DNA of 64,000 nucleotides. Origin: a virus. Taxonomy: Duplodnaviria > Caudoviricetes. A program made the translations under genes and the position numbers. How positions within the stretch are numbered: position 1 is the stretch's first letter; every line of letters starts with the position of its first letter. Positions 15,151 through 24,805 of the stretch are shown here, piece by piece. Location of the stretch: the IMG/VR virus record IMGVR_UViG_3300042402_003952; one strand, written 5' to 3'. Below the pieces are notes generated by a model that saw only the letters and a list, made by a program, of their open reading frames with translations, did not search any database and was not told the DNA's origin.

Positions 15151-15965
15151 ATATTTTATTTACAGGACATAGAGGATTTCTTGGAAGAGAATTAATTCCA
15201 TATCTTTCTGAAAATCATAATGTTTACTATCCAGAAATTGATTATACTAAGAAAGATCAGATTGATTTATTTCTGGGCGAAAAAAAAATTGATTTCATTC
15301 TTCATGCTGCTATCAAAGGTGGACGTAGAGTAAGGCAAGATATATCAGATGATTTCTACATCAATATGATGATGTTTGAAAATCTTGCTTCTCTAGAAAT
15401 ACCGATGATTAATTTTTGTAGTGGCGCTGCTTTTGGTAGACAAAAAGATATTTTTCTATCGGAAGAAATAAAAGTTGGTAATAGAATTCCTGAAGACTTT
15501 TATGGATTCGCTAAGTGTTTAATCACACAAAGATGTCGTCAATTAGAACATGTTTATAATCTGAGATTTTTTAATGTATTCGGACCAAAAACTCCTAACA
15601 ATATGTTCACCACAGTCAACATAAAAAATTACATTCATAAAAGAGAGATTGTAATTTTTAAAGATAAGTTTATGGACTTCTTTGGAATTGAAGATACTAA
15701 AAAAGTTTTAGATCTTTACCTGAGTAATAATGATCTTCCAAAAGAAGTTAATCTGGTATATGAAAATAAAACAAAATTATCAGATGTTGCAAACTTAATC
15801 AATAATCTTTCTACTCATAAAGTTAATATTGATGTATTGGAAAGTGGAAATGATAATTCGTATTGTGGTTCTGGATTGATCTTAAAATCACTTGGATTAA
15901 ATCTTAATGGGTTAGATAAAGAAATTAGAAATTGTTATGAAAATTTTTGTCAACGGAACATTTGA
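15147..15965 (+). CDS. NAD-dependent epimerase/dehydratase
   Basis: ILFTGHRGFLG, YGFAK, LRFFNVFGP. Confidence 0.85.
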   Translation: MNILFTGHRGFLGRELIPYLSENHNVYYPEIDYTKKDQIDLFLGEKKIDFILHAAIKGGRRVRQDISDDFYINMMMFENLASLEIPMINFCSGAAFGRQKDIFLSEEIKVGNRIPEDFYGFAKCLITQRCRQLEHVYNLRFFNVFGPKTPNNMFTTVNIKNYIHKREIVIFKDKFMDFFGIEDTKKVLDLYLSNNDLPKEVNLVYENKTKLSDVANLINNLSTHKVNIDVLESGNDNSYCGSGLILKSLGLNLNGLDKEIRNCYENFCQRNI

Positions 15966-16335
15966 TATTCTTCATCGTGGACATCTTGAACTTTTGAATT
16001 ATGCAAAAAGTCTTGGTGACTATTTGTGTGTTGGTATTGATACTGATGATAGAGTAAAGGAAAAGAAGGGTCCAACAAGACCTATACATAATCAAGATGA
16101 AAGAAAATTTTTTCTAGAAAATTTAAAGGCAGTTGATGAGGTAAAACTTTTTTCTAGCGATGAGGAACTTGAGGGTTTGGTAAAATCTTTTAAACCTAAT
16201 ATAATGGTTGTTGGTTCTGACTGGAAAGATAAGTCTGTAATAGGCTCTTATTATGCTGCTGAATTAATATTCTTTGATAGGATAGGAGATTATGCCACAA
16301 CAAAAACCATACAGGATATTATTGATCGGGGATAG
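15937..16335 (+). CDS. RfaE/HldE domain II-like nucleotidyltransferase
   Basis: NGTFDILHRGH (HIGH motif), KGPTRPI, VGSDW. Confidence 0.9.
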   Translation: MKIFVNGTFDILHRGHLELLNYAKSLGDYLCVGIDTDDRVKEKKGPTRPIHNQDERKFFLENLKAVDEVKLFSSDEELEGLVKSFKPNIMVVGSDWKDKSVIGSYYAAELIFFDRIGDYATTKTIQDIIDRG

Positions 16336-17041
16336 TTGCGTCGATGAATACGTCTATGGAACTTGCGAGAGACTAAACCCAGAAGCACCTGTACCAATTC
16401 TTAAGTTTCATAGAAAAGAAAGTAAGAATGGAATGGCGTGGAATGTAAGAGACAATCTGCAAGCATTTGGTATGGAAGTTTATATGTTAACTAATAAAGA
16501 GAAGATTTATAAAACACGATATATTGATGAAAGGTATAATCATCAAATCTTGAGAGTAGATATTGAGGGTGTTTTATCTCCAATGGAATATGAAATACCA
16601 AATGAAAAATTTGATGCATTGGTTATTTCTGATTATGACAAGGGATTTGTCACGCAAAACAGATTATTTGAAATAGTTTTTAACTCTAGAATTCCTGTTT
16701 TTGTTGATAGTAAAAAAACAATCTTACCAGAATCAAATTGTTTTATTAAAATCAATGATAATGAATCAAAACTATTAAAAAGTAGGCACGACAATCTAAT
16801 CGTAACAAGGGGTTCATGTGGGGCAGAATATAATGGTATAACTTATCCTGGAGAAAAGGTAAGTGTATTTGATGTTTGTGGGGCAGGAGATACCTTTTTA
16901 TCTGCGTTAGTTTACTTTTATCTAGAGTATGGTACAATAGAAAGAGCAATACCTTACGCTAATAAAGCAGCTGCAATAGCAGTTCAAAACTTTGGGACTT
17001 ATGTTTTAACTGGAGATGATATTGATGAAATACGTCATTGA
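16292..17041 (+). CDS. RfaE/HldE domain I-like PfkB sugar kinase
   Basis: IGDSCVDEYVYGTCERLNPEAPVP, ISDYDKG, DVCGAGDTF. Confidence 0.9.
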   Translation: MPQQKPYRILLIGDSCVDEYVYGTCERLNPEAPVPILKFHRKESKNGMAWNVRDNLQAFGMEVYMLTNKEKIYKTRYIDERYNHQILRVDIEGVLSPMEYEIPNEKFDALVISDYDKGFVTQNRLFEIVFNSRIPVFVDSKKTILPESNCFIKINDNESKLLKSRHDNLIVTRGSCGAEYNGITYPGEKVSVFDVCGAGDTFLSALVYFYLEYGTIERAIPYANKAAAIAVQNFGTYVLTGDDIDEIRH

Positions 17042-17348
17042 TATTGATGGAACTATTTGTGATAAAGATGAAGGTAAAACTTATTCATCTTCCTCGCCAA
17101 AAAGAGATAGAATAAAACTAATCAATCAACTTTATGATGAAGGTCATTATGTTGTATATCTTACCGCAAGAGGTATGGGTAGATATGATAATGATGCAAA
17201 ACTAGCAGAAGCAGATTTGAGATATATAACAGAATTGCAACTCAAAGAATGGGGTTGTAAATATCATAAATTGTTTATGGGTAAACCTGCCGGTGATGTC
17301 TACATAGATGACAAAGGAATTAATGCAAATGACTTCTTCGGAAATTAA
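17025..17348 (+). CDS. HAD-family phosphatase (capsule-biosynthesis type)
   Basis: VIDIDGTIC, YLTARG, GKPAGDVYIDDK. Confidence 0.85.
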   Translation: MKYVIDIDGTICDKDEGKTYSSSSPKRDRIKLINQLYDEGHYVVYLTARGMGRYDNDAKLAEADLRYITELQLKEWGCKYHKLFMGKPAGDVYIDDKGINANDFFGN

Positions 17349-17685
17349 ATTTGTCCCTAAAGGATGGGGATTTGAAAAGTGGATTGTAAACTCTGAAGAA
17401 TACTGTGGAAAACTTCTTTATTTTGTAAAAGGAAAAAAATGCTCTTGGCATTTTCACAAACTTAAAGATGAAGTTTTCTATTTACAATCTGGGAAAATTT
17501 TGTTAAAATATTATGATGAAGATGATATTGCTTTAGCAAATGAACTAATCTTGAATAAAGGAGATAAGTTTCATGTTTATCGCGGATTAAGACATCAAAT
17601 GATTGCTCTTGAAGATACTGAGCTTTTTGAATTTTCAACACAACATTTTGATGAAGATAGTTATCGTGTAATTAAAGGAGATTGA
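17329..17685 (+). CDS. cupin-fold sugar isomerase-like protein
   Basis: VPKGWGFE, SWHFHKLKDEVF, RHQM. Confidence 0.75.
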   Translation: MTSSEIKFVPKGWGFEKWIVNSEEYCGKLLYFVKGKKCSWHFHKLKDEVFYLQSGKILLKYYDEDDIALANELILNKGDKFHVYRGLRHQMIALEDTELFEFSTQHFDEDSYRVIKGD

Positions 17686-17686
17686 A

Positions 17687-19234
17687 ATGAGTTTTGGGAT
17701 TAAGTTAGTTGAGGGAATGCATCGTGGATTTCTCTCGAACTATCTTACTATTTTGACAAGTTTTAGAACACTTGAAAATAAAGGAGTAGATCTTAATCAA
17801 GTCTGCGTTTCTCCATCAATGTTTATGTTGTATGGAACTCCAGATCATTGGTTCGATCCTTCTCGCGTATCTGATGATGCCAGTAAAGTTTTTAATGCAC
17901 AAGATGGATGGGATTGTGATTATCCTTGGGCATCTTTTAGGGATTTTGATTTGGATAAGTATCGTAAATACTTACCTTATAATGAAAGAATGCAATCAAA
18001 AATTGATAACATTCCTAGAGATAAGTATAAAAATGCCCTAGGTGTTCATTATCGTGGAACTGATGGAGTTGGGCATACAGAATTTGTTGCTATTGAAAAG
18101 TATATTAAGGTAACAGAAGAAGAATTTAATTCTGGCGGATATGATTGCATTTTTCTTACTACAGATCAGACTAATGTAATTGATGAATTTAAAAATTATT
18201 TTCCAAACATAATGATTCATCATTATGATCATCAGCGTACTATGAGTACTGCTGGTCTTCATTACTCTATTCAGGCAGAACCTAATAGTTCTGAAAGGAT
18301 TCTTGCGGGCGATGAAGTTTTGATTGATGCAACTACGCTATCAATGTGTAAAACTATCATTGGCAAGTCTTCGAATATTACCAACTATGCACGTATTTTG
18401 AGTCCTTATGTTGAAATTCTTTATCAAGATTTGAATACTAGTAATGATCATGGAGATCATGCAGATCTTAATAGTAGAGGTTATCTGGAAAGATTTCCTC
18501 AAATTAGAGTAAAAGATATTCAACCATTTATTTTTAACTGGAATCGTCAGTTTGAAAAAACTTGTGCTATTGAGGATGCACTGAAAGAAGTATTTGATGA
18601 AGTTACAGTCATCAACAGCGACGATAACAATACTAGAGAGGGTTGGATTGACCTTGGAGATTCTGCTTACTTTACTTCTCAATTTACTAAGGCACTAGAA
18701 CTTTTTAAAGATAATAAAAAAGTTCTTCTTCATATTCAAGGAGATACTGAATATGATAATTGGAAACAACTCGTTGATGATGCAAGAAAGTATTATAATC
18801 TTTATGAGTGGGGTGTTTATGCTCCAGATGTAACTAATGTTTGGTATACTCCAGACCAAACTGATATTGATGGATTGCAATCAGAAGATCCTAATATTAA
18901 AATGGTTGCTTGTACTGATGAAACTGTATGGTTTATTCATAGAGATATTATTTCTGATTTTTATAATAGAAATCTTTCTGAAGTTATGACACCAGAAACA
19001 ATGAAAATGGGATGGGGTTGGGATCTTGTAATGAATGCAATTTCTTTTATTATGCAGAGACCCGTAATTAGAGATTATGGTCATCAAATTCAACATGCGC
19101 AGGGAACCAACTATAATAAAGAAACTGCAGGTCAAGAAATGGCAAATCTATGGAACAGTCTTCCTAGTGACCTAAAAGAATGTATTGCCTATATTAAAGG
19201 GGATAGAGAAAAAATCGTTAAGTATTTTGAGTGA
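17687..19234 (+). CDS. two-domain glycosyltransferase (NodZ-like plus GT-A)
   Basis: GVHYRGTD and IFLTTD in the N-half; LHIQGD and GWGWD in the C-half. Confidence 0.6.
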   Translation: MSFGIKLVEGMHRGFLSNYLTILTSFRTLENKGVDLNQVCVSPSMFMLYGTPDHWFDPSRVSDDASKVFNAQDGWDCDYPWASFRDFDLDKYRKYLPYNERMQSKIDNIPRDKYKNALGVHYRGTDGVGHTEFVAIEKYIKVTEEEFNSGGYDCIFLTTDQTNVIDEFKNYFPNIMIHHYDHQRTMSTAGLHYSIQAEPNSSERILAGDEVLIDATTLSMCKTIIGKSSNITNYARILSPYVEILYQDLNTSNDHGDHADLNSRGYLERFPQIRVKDIQPFIFNWNRQFEKTCAIEDALKEVFDEVTVINSDDNNTREGWIDLGDSAYFTSQFTKALELFKDNKKVLLHIQGDTEYDNWKQLVDDARKYYNLYEWGVYAPDVTNVWYTPDQTDIDGLQSEDPNIKMVACTDETVWFIHRDIISDFYNRNLSEVMTPETMKMGWGWDLVMNAISFIMQRPVIRDYGHQIQHAQGTNYNKETAGQEMANLWNSLPSDLKECIAYIKGDREKIVKYFE

Positions 19235-20034
19235 TGGACAAAAACAAATCAGTATTCAAACTCAAAGGTCTTCCGCAGATCTATTGGTTAAATCTAGATG
19301 CAGATACTCATCGTCGTGAGTATATGGAATCTCAATTTAAATATTGGGAGATTGAAAATCATACACGTATTTCTGGATATGATGGGAGAGTTGATGATGT
19401 ATCTTCCCATTTGAAAGGAAGAATTCCTGATAATGTATCTCAAAATGAATTGGGATGTTGTATGTCTCATCTTAAAGCAATTCGCCATTTTTATGAAAAT
19501 ACAAACGATGAGTATTGTTTGATTCTGGAAGATGATGTAAACCTTGACATTGCCAAATACTGGAACTTCACTTGGAAAGAGTTTTTCTCACTTCTTCCAT
19601 ATGATTGGGACTGTGTGCAGCTTACTACTATTTGCACGGGAGATATTCATGTTAAATTGCATTTAAAGTTTATCAATGATTTTTCTGCAGCAATCTACTT
19701 AATCAGTAGACATCATGCTGCAAAACTTATGAAACATCATATACGTGGTGAAAAATATAAACTTGATAACGGGGTAAAACCAAGGGCAGTTTCTGAAGAT
19801 ACTATTTTGGAGACTGGAAAAACGTATACGATTCCGTTGTTTTTATATAACTTAGATATGGGGTCTGCCATTCATACAGATCATCTTAGTATCTTTCATA
19901 AAGGTCCTCACGATGCACTACTAAACTGGTGGCAACAGTCTGGTGCAGGTGTTGATATTAGAGAGTATATGAATTATGATCCATATTTGGGTCGAATAAC
20001 TGAAAACTCTTCTACTCAATCTCAAAACGCTTGA
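19231..20034 (+). CDS. glycosyltransferase family 25
   Basis: YWLNLD...RR, GCCMSH, LILEDD. Confidence 0.85.
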   Translation: MMDKNKSVFKLKGLPQIYWLNLDADTHRREYMESQFKYWEIENHTRISGYDGRVDDVSSHLKGRIPDNVSQNELGCCMSHLKAIRHFYENTNDEYCLILEDDVNLDIAKYWNFTWKEFFSLLPYDWDCVQLTTICTGDIHVKLHLKFINDFSAAIYLISRHHAAKLMKHHIRGEKYKLDNGVKPRAVSEDTILETGKTYTIPLFLYNLDMGSAIHTDHLSIFHKGPHDALLNWWQQSGAGVDIREYMNYDPYLGRITENSSTQSQNA

Positions 20035-20127
20035 CACTCTTTTAGTTTCCCTCTATACTAAATAAGTACTTAAGAATTCTGTTGTAATTCTTAATCTTTG
20101 TCCTATAGTACAAACAAAAACAAATCT

Positions 20128-21594
20128 ATGAAATTCTTTCAACAACTGATGCTTGCACCTGTTGCTCTGGGAATGGTTGCTCCTGCTGCGACTGCGGCAG
20201 ACCTTAATATGAATGGGGTCAACCAATATTCCGCCGATCAGGTTACAAGCGTCACTCAATTTTCTGATGTACGTCCTACTGATTGGGCATATCAGGCACT
20301 CAGCAACCTCGTAGAGCGTTATGGTTGCGTTGCTGGTTACCCTAACGGAACCTTTGGTGGTGGTAAAGCGATGACTCGTTATGAGGCAGCAGCACTTCTG
20401 AATGCTTGCCTTGATCGTGTGACTGAAGTTACCGATGAACTGAAGCGTCTTCAGGTAGAATTTGCACAAGAACTTGCTGTTCTTCGTGGTCGTGTAGATA
20501 AACTGGAAGCACAAGTTACTACTCTTGAAGCACAACAGTTCTCCACTACAACCAAACTGCGTGGTGAAGCAAACTTTGTAATTGGTAATGTAGATAATTA
20601 TCAAACTAAGGCTGGTGATGTAACTCACGCCGCATTCAACTATGATCTGCGTCTGAACCTGGACACTTCGTTCACTGGTAAGGATCTGCTTCGCACTCGT
20701 CTGCGTTCTTCCAACTTCAGTGCAGATCCTTTTGGTTCCAGTTCATCTATCTTTAAACTGGATAAGGCAGACAACACTACAGGTGAGAATGGTAACAATG
20801 TAGTTATCGATCGTCTGTACTATCAGTTCCCTGCGTTCAATAACACCACCACATTTACTGCTGGTGCTCTAGTTCGTAACACTGAAATTGCTTGGCTGCC
20901 TACTGCTTATAGTTCCAAGATCCTTGACTTCTTCCAAGTTGCTGGTGCTCCTGGTGTTTATAACAAAGCAGTTGGTTCTGGTTTCGGTGTCCAGTATGGT
21001 AACAAGGGTCTTGTTGCTGGTGTAAACTATGTTGCCCAAAATGGTAGCGATAGTGCTACTGGTGAATTTGACCGCTCTGGTGCTCTGAACACTCTGGCAC
21101 AGATCGGTTATCGTGGTGACAACTATGGTATCGCATTTGGTTATCGTTATGGTACTGAAGGCACCCGTGTTCGCACCTACAACGGTCTGAATGGTGCTTC
21201 AGGTACTCTGGTTCCTGGTCAAACCTCTAACGGTTATGCGATCAACGCTTACTGGCAGCCCACTCAATCTGGTTGGGTTCCCTCCATCTCTGGTGGTTAC
21301 GGTTGGAACACTGTAAGTGGCACTCCTAGTGCTGCTACCAACAGTCAATCTTGGTTTGCTGGTCTTCAGTGGGAAGATGTGTTTGTTGATGGAAACACTG
21401 CTGGTGTTGCTATCGGTCAAGCTCCTACTGGTTCTAACCTTGAGAAGTCCACGATGCTTGAGATCTTCTACAAGTATCAAGTGTCTGATAACATCAGCGT
21501 CACTCCTGCTATCATCTATGGTAGTGACAATCAGCGTCTTGCTGGTAACTCCTCAAATTGGGGAGGAATTTTACAAACAACCTTTAAGTTCTAA
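20128..21594 (+). CDS. cyanobacterial-type outer-membrane porin (SLH domain plus OprB/Som beta-barrel)
   Basis: Signal peptide; FSDVRPTDWAYQAL...GYPNGTF...TRYEAAA SLH motif; QQFSTTTKLRG; C-terminal TTFKF. Confidence 0.95.
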   Translation: MKFFQQLMLAPVALGMVAPAATAADLNMNGVNQYSADQVTSVTQFSDVRPTDWAYQALSNLVERYGCVAGYPNGTFGGGKAMTRYEAAALLNACLDRVTEVTDELKRLQVEFAQELAVLRGRVDKLEAQVTTLEAQQFSTTTKLRGEANFVIGNVDNYQTKAGDVTHAAFNYDLRLNLDTSFTGKDLLRTRLRSSNFSADPFGSSSSIFKLDKADNTTGENGNNVVIDRLYYQFPAFNNTTTFTAGALVRNTEIAWLPTAYSSKILDFFQVAGAPGVYNKAVGSGFGVQYGNKGLVAGVNYVAQNGSDSATGEFDRSGALNTLAQIGYRGDNYGIAFGYRYGTEGTRVRTYNGLNGASGTLVPGQTSNGYAINAYWQPTQSGWVPSISGGYGWNTVSGTPSAATNSQSWFAGLQWEDVFVDGNTAGVAIGQAPTGSNLEKSTMLEIFYKYQVSDNISVTPAIIYGSDNQRLAGNSSNWGGILQTTFKF

Positions 21595-21612
21595 GGTATA
21601 AATAATAATGCC

Positions 21613-21703
21613 TTAATTGGTTCGCATCTTTAAGGTAGAGATTGGAGGGCAGAAATGCCCTCTTTTCTTTTATAAATAGTATTGCGAACCAATTTAAGAG
21701 CAG
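21613..21703 (+). promoter_or_regulatory. terminator and late promoter enclosed by an inverted repeat, upstream of a homing endonuclease
   Basis: AATTGGTTCGCA ... GAGGGC-AGAAAT-GCCCTC-T run-TATAAATA ... TGCGAACCAATT. Confidence 0.65.
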
Positions 21704-22333
21704 ATGAAAAACACTAATATGTTTTATACTTACGCATACTTGCGTGAAGATGGAACTCCTTACTATATTGGTAAAGGAGTTAAAGGTAGAATTTACTCTT
21801 CTAATAGAAAAATAAAAAAACCAAAAGATAAATCTAAAATTATATTTCTTAAACAAAATCTGACAGAAGAGGAAGCATTCAATCACGAAGAGTATATGAT
21901 TTCAGTTCTTGGTAGAAAAGATTTAGGAACTGGAATGTTGAGAAATAGGACTAATGGTGGTGAGGGTGCTTCTGGCTCTTTGAAAAGTGAAGAATTCAAA
22001 AGAAGACATAGTGAAAGAATGAAAGGGAAAAATAATCCTAGTTATGGTAGGAAACAATCAGAGGAACATAGAAGAAAAAATAGTGAGGCAAATAGAGGAG
22101 AAAATAATCATTTTTATGGTAAATCTCATTCGGAAGAAACCAAGAAAAAAATTAGTATGAAGAAGAAAGGAAAACCACTTTCTACAGAGACCAAAAGAAA
22201 ATTAAGTGAGATACATAAGGGAAAATGTGGAGAAAATCATTCTCATTATGGAAAGAAGTGGTGGAACGACGGTAAAGGTAATACTACACTATCACTAGAT
22301 TGTCCTGGTGAAAATTGGGTTCTTGGTAGATAA
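21704..22333 (+). CDS. GIY-YIG-like homing endonuclease with NUMOD3 repeats
   Basis: YTYAYLREDGTPYYIGKG, NRTNGGEG, repeated HSEETKKKIS / YGKSHS motifs. Confidence 0.85.
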   Translation: MKNTNMFYTYAYLREDGTPYYIGKGVKGRIYSSNRKIKKPKDKSKIIFLKQNLTEEEAFNHEEYMISVLGRKDLGTGMLRNRTNGGEGASGSLKSEEFKRRHSERMKGKNNPSYGRKQSEEHRRKNSEANRGENNHFYGKSHSEETKKKISMKKKGKPLSTETKRKLSEIHKGKCGENHSHYGKKWWNDGKGNTTLSLDCPGENWVLGR

Positions 22334-22368
22334 CTTACTTTAATAAATAACTAAAAAGTATTTGTAAG

Positions 22369-22875
22369 ATGGACGCACAAGAACTTCGCAATCTTCAAGA
22401 AGCATATATGGAAGTTGTTGAAAATCAGCAACTTGATGAAGCATCTGGTGGTATTATTGGTGGGAAAACTTTTCCTTCTAAAAATGTTCCTGAAAAATCA
22501 AAATCAAATAAACCATCAAAGATTGGAAGAGGTATAAGAAAATCAATACAATCTGCTTCTTTTGGATTTAGTCAGGAAAACCCGAAAGATATTGTTTCCA
22601 GACATAAAAAATATAGTGATAAAGAACTTGATACAGTTTCCAGAGGAAAGGACGAACCAAAACCAGGAAAAGGAAGAAGTAGAAGTGCTAGGGAGTTTCA
22701 GTTGAAGGTTATTGAAAGGGAGAAAAGAAGGAGACAAAAAGCAAACGAAGAAGTAGATATTTACGACATCATCCTCTCACACTTACTTGATGAAGGGTAT
22801 GCTGAAACCCCAGAAGCAGCAGAAGCAATTATGGTGAATATGAGTGAAGAGTGGAGAGATAGTATTATCGGATGA
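22369..22875 (+). CDS. hypothetical protein with a cyanophage C-terminal repeat-type domain
   Basis: MDAQELRNLQEAYMEV N-terminus; VDIYDIILSHLLDEGYAETPEAAEAIMVNMSEEW C-terminus; basic middle. Confidence 0.65.
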   Translation: MDAQELRNLQEAYMEVVENQQLDEASGGIIGGKTFPSKNVPEKSKSNKPSKIGRGIRKSIQSASFGFSQENPKDIVSRHKKYSDKELDTVSRGKDEPKPGKGRSRSAREFQLKVIEREKRRRQKANEEVDIYDIILSHLLDEGYAETPEAAEAIMVNMSEEWRDSIIG

Positions 22876-22911
22876 TAAGTTAGCAAAACCGAATAAAACC
22901 TTAAGGGATGC

Positions 22912-22940
22912 TTGACACCCTTTTCTTTTTCCTATATAAT
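22912..22940 (+). promoter_or_regulatory. consensus sigma70 promoter of the hli-petF operon
   Basis: TTGACA-N17-TATAAT. Confidence 0.85.
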
Positions 22941-22967
22941 TGTGTAACAATTCGTAATAAAACAAAA

Positions 22968-23177
22968 ATGACTATAACTAAAAATGAGTTCGGGCAAATG
23001 AATATGTTTGCTAAAGAACCATCGATGTATATGACCAAGGAAGACCTTGATCGTTATGGCATCGAACCTTATGCCGAGAAGGCGGAGAAAATGAATGGAC
23101 GCACTGCAATGGTCGGGTTTATTGCTGGTCTTATTTCTTATGCTTTCACTGGCAAACTCTTTTTCGGGGTCTTCTGA
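22968..23177 (+). CDS. hli: high-light-inducible protein
   Basis: AEKMNGRTAMVGF chlorophyll-binding ExxNGRxAMxG motif followed by a TM helix. Confidence 0.9.
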   Translation: MTITKNEFGQMNMFAKEPSMYMTKEDLDRYGIEPYAEKAEKMNGRTAMVGFIAGLISYAFTGKLFFGVF

Positions 23178-23186
23178 GGGTTGACA

Positions 23187-23273
23187 ATGACTTCACTCTT
23201 GTTTACAATGACCTCAGTTGCCTTCTTCGTTTTGTTGGCAGCATCTGTAGAAAAACTTTGTGAGACTTACTAA
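23187..23273 (+). CDS. 28-aa hydrophobic peptide
   Basis: [28 protein letters not shown]; TAATG coupling to petF. Confidence 0.5.
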   Translation: MTSLLFTMTSVAFFVLLAASVEKLCETY

Positions 23274-23566
23274 TGACCGTTTTTAATGTCACTCTTCAAT
23301 CTCCTGATGGAACTGAAACCACTATCGAATGTGCTGATGACCAATACATTCTCGAAGCAGCAGAAGAGGCAGGCGTTGACCTTCCTTCATCGTGTAAGGC
23401 AGGCGCTTGTTCCGCTTGTGCAGGCAAACTCATCTCTGGCACCGTTGACAACGAAGAACAATCGTTCCTTGATGACGATCAACAAGCAGAAGGTTGGGTT
23501 CTCACTTGCGTTGCTTATCCCACAAGTGATTGTGTAATTCTTACTGAACAGGAAGAGAATCTGTGA
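23273..23566 (+). CDS. petF: plant-type [2Fe-2S] ferredoxin
   Basis: [13 protein letters not shown]...[12 protein letters not shown]. Confidence 0.97.
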   Translation: MTVFNVTLQSPDGTETTIECADDQYILEAAEEAGVDLPSSCKAGACSACAGKLISGTVDNEEQSFLDDDQQAEGWVLTCVAYPTSDCVILTEQEENL

Positions 23567-23877
23567 TTGGTAACCTTGAACCAGAGGAGAACGTTATGAG
23601 CAATCCTGGAATGCTAGGACAATTTGCTATTGCTCTACAAGAACTTGGATGGGATAAAGACGATGATGTCTCAGTTGAAATTGGTGGAGTAGCGGTCACA
23701 GGAACTGCTACTAGTCCAAATGCAAACCCAAAATGGGCAAAACCATTTGGAACAGTGTCCTATCAAAACGATGCCTTCATCGTAATTAAAAACAAATCAA
23801 GGAATCCAGTTGTTCCTTCACAACCAAATCCTGAACTCAAACAACAACACCCTTATAATGGAACACTCTCTAGTTGA
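23563..23877 (+). CDS. conserved cyanophage hypothetical protein
   Basis: GTG start overlapping the petF stop; 104-aa ORF. Confidence 0.65.
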   Translation: MIGNLEPEENVMSNPGMLGQFAIALQELGWDKDDDVSVEIGGVAVTGTATSPNANPKWAKPFGTVSYQNDAFIVIKNKSRNPVVPSQPNPELKQQHPYNGTLSS

Positions 23878-24043
23878 ATTGCTGACTTACTATGTGATTG
23901 TTGCTGCTCTCTTTATTGGAGCACCAGCAGTATTCTTCACAATTGTCTTTATGCCTGCACTTATGAATACTAAGGGTGCAGTTGTTGGTTACAAAATTCA
24001 CCGTGATTATGGTGAAACATCTATCTATTCTAAAGTAAACTAA
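23858..24043 (+). CDS. small membrane protein
   Basis: [35 protein letters not shown]... hydrophobic stretch. Confidence 0.6.
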   Translation: MEHSLVELLTYYVIVAALFIGAPAVFFTIVFMPALMNTKGAVVGYKIHRDYGETSIYSKVN

Positions 24044-24055
24044 AGGAGAAAAACA

Positions 24056-24163
24056 ATGAACGAACGCGCAGAACGTATTAATGGTTGGGCAGCAATGATC
24101 GGTATTGTTGCCGCAATGGGTTCCTATGCCCTCACCGGACAGATTATTCCGGGTATTTGGTGA
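24056..24163 (+). CDS. hli: high-light-inducible protein (35 aa)
   Basis: AAGGAG RBS; MNERAERINGWAAMIGIVAAMGSYALTGQIIPGIW. Confidence 0.9.
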   Translation: MNERAERINGWAAMIGIVAAMGSYALTGQIIPGIW

Positions 24164-24212
24164 ATTGATGTTTAATATTTTTAAGAAAAAGAAAAATATT
24201 ATGGAGGTTAAA

Positions 24213-24740
24213 ATGCGTAAAGAACAATATGAAGTTCCCCAAGTTGAATTTGTATTTCGTGAGAATGGGGAATTTGTAACTCGTACTACTTCAGAACTCT
24301 TCGATGGAAAGCGTGTGGTCTTGTTTAGTCTGCCTGGTGCTTTCACTCCTACTTGCAGTGCCTATCAGCTTCCTGGATTCGAAGAGAGATACGACGACTT
24401 TATTGGTAGTGGCATCGACGCTATTTACTGCATCTCTGTTAATGATGGGTTTGTAATGAATGCTTGGCAACAAGATCAGAACATCAAGAATGTACAACTC
24501 ATTCCAGACGGCAATGCATATTTCACACGTTCTATGGGTATGCTCGTCAATAAGTCTAACCTTGGTTTCGGTGATCGCTCTTGGCGTTATGCTATGGTCG
24601 TGGATAACGGAATCATTGAAAAACTATTCGTTGAGGCAGGTCAGCGAGACAATGCAGACAGTGACCCTTACGAAGCAACTACTCCAGAGAATGTTCTGGA
24701 CTATGTAAAATCTACAGTGCGAGAAACTGCAACTGTTTGA
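24213..24740 (+). CDS. peroxiredoxin (Prx5/type II family)
   Basis: LPGAFTPTCS, SVNDGFVM, GDRSWRYAM; GGAGGT RBS. Confidence 0.9.
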   Translation: MRKEQYEVPQVEFVFRENGEFVTRTTSELFDGKRVVLFSLPGAFTPTCSAYQLPGFEERYDDFIGSGIDAIYCISVNDGFVMNAWQQDQNIKNVQLIPDGNAYFTRSMGMLVNKSNLGFGDRSWRYAMVVDNGIIEKLFVEAGQRDNADSDPYEATTPENVLDYVKSTVRETATV

Positions 24741-24805
24741 AGAATACTCAAAGCGCCCCAAAAGGGCGCTTTTTTAATAAATAGAATATCGAATGGATAA
24801 GGACA

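Noticed and set aside
20053-20628. Long antisense ORFs over the porin, gnd, gp32, tail genes and others (e.g. 20053..20628, 41315..41782, 55545..56141)
   Set aside because: These are expected from codon bias of the sense genes; they lack RBS/promoter context and recognisable motifs.
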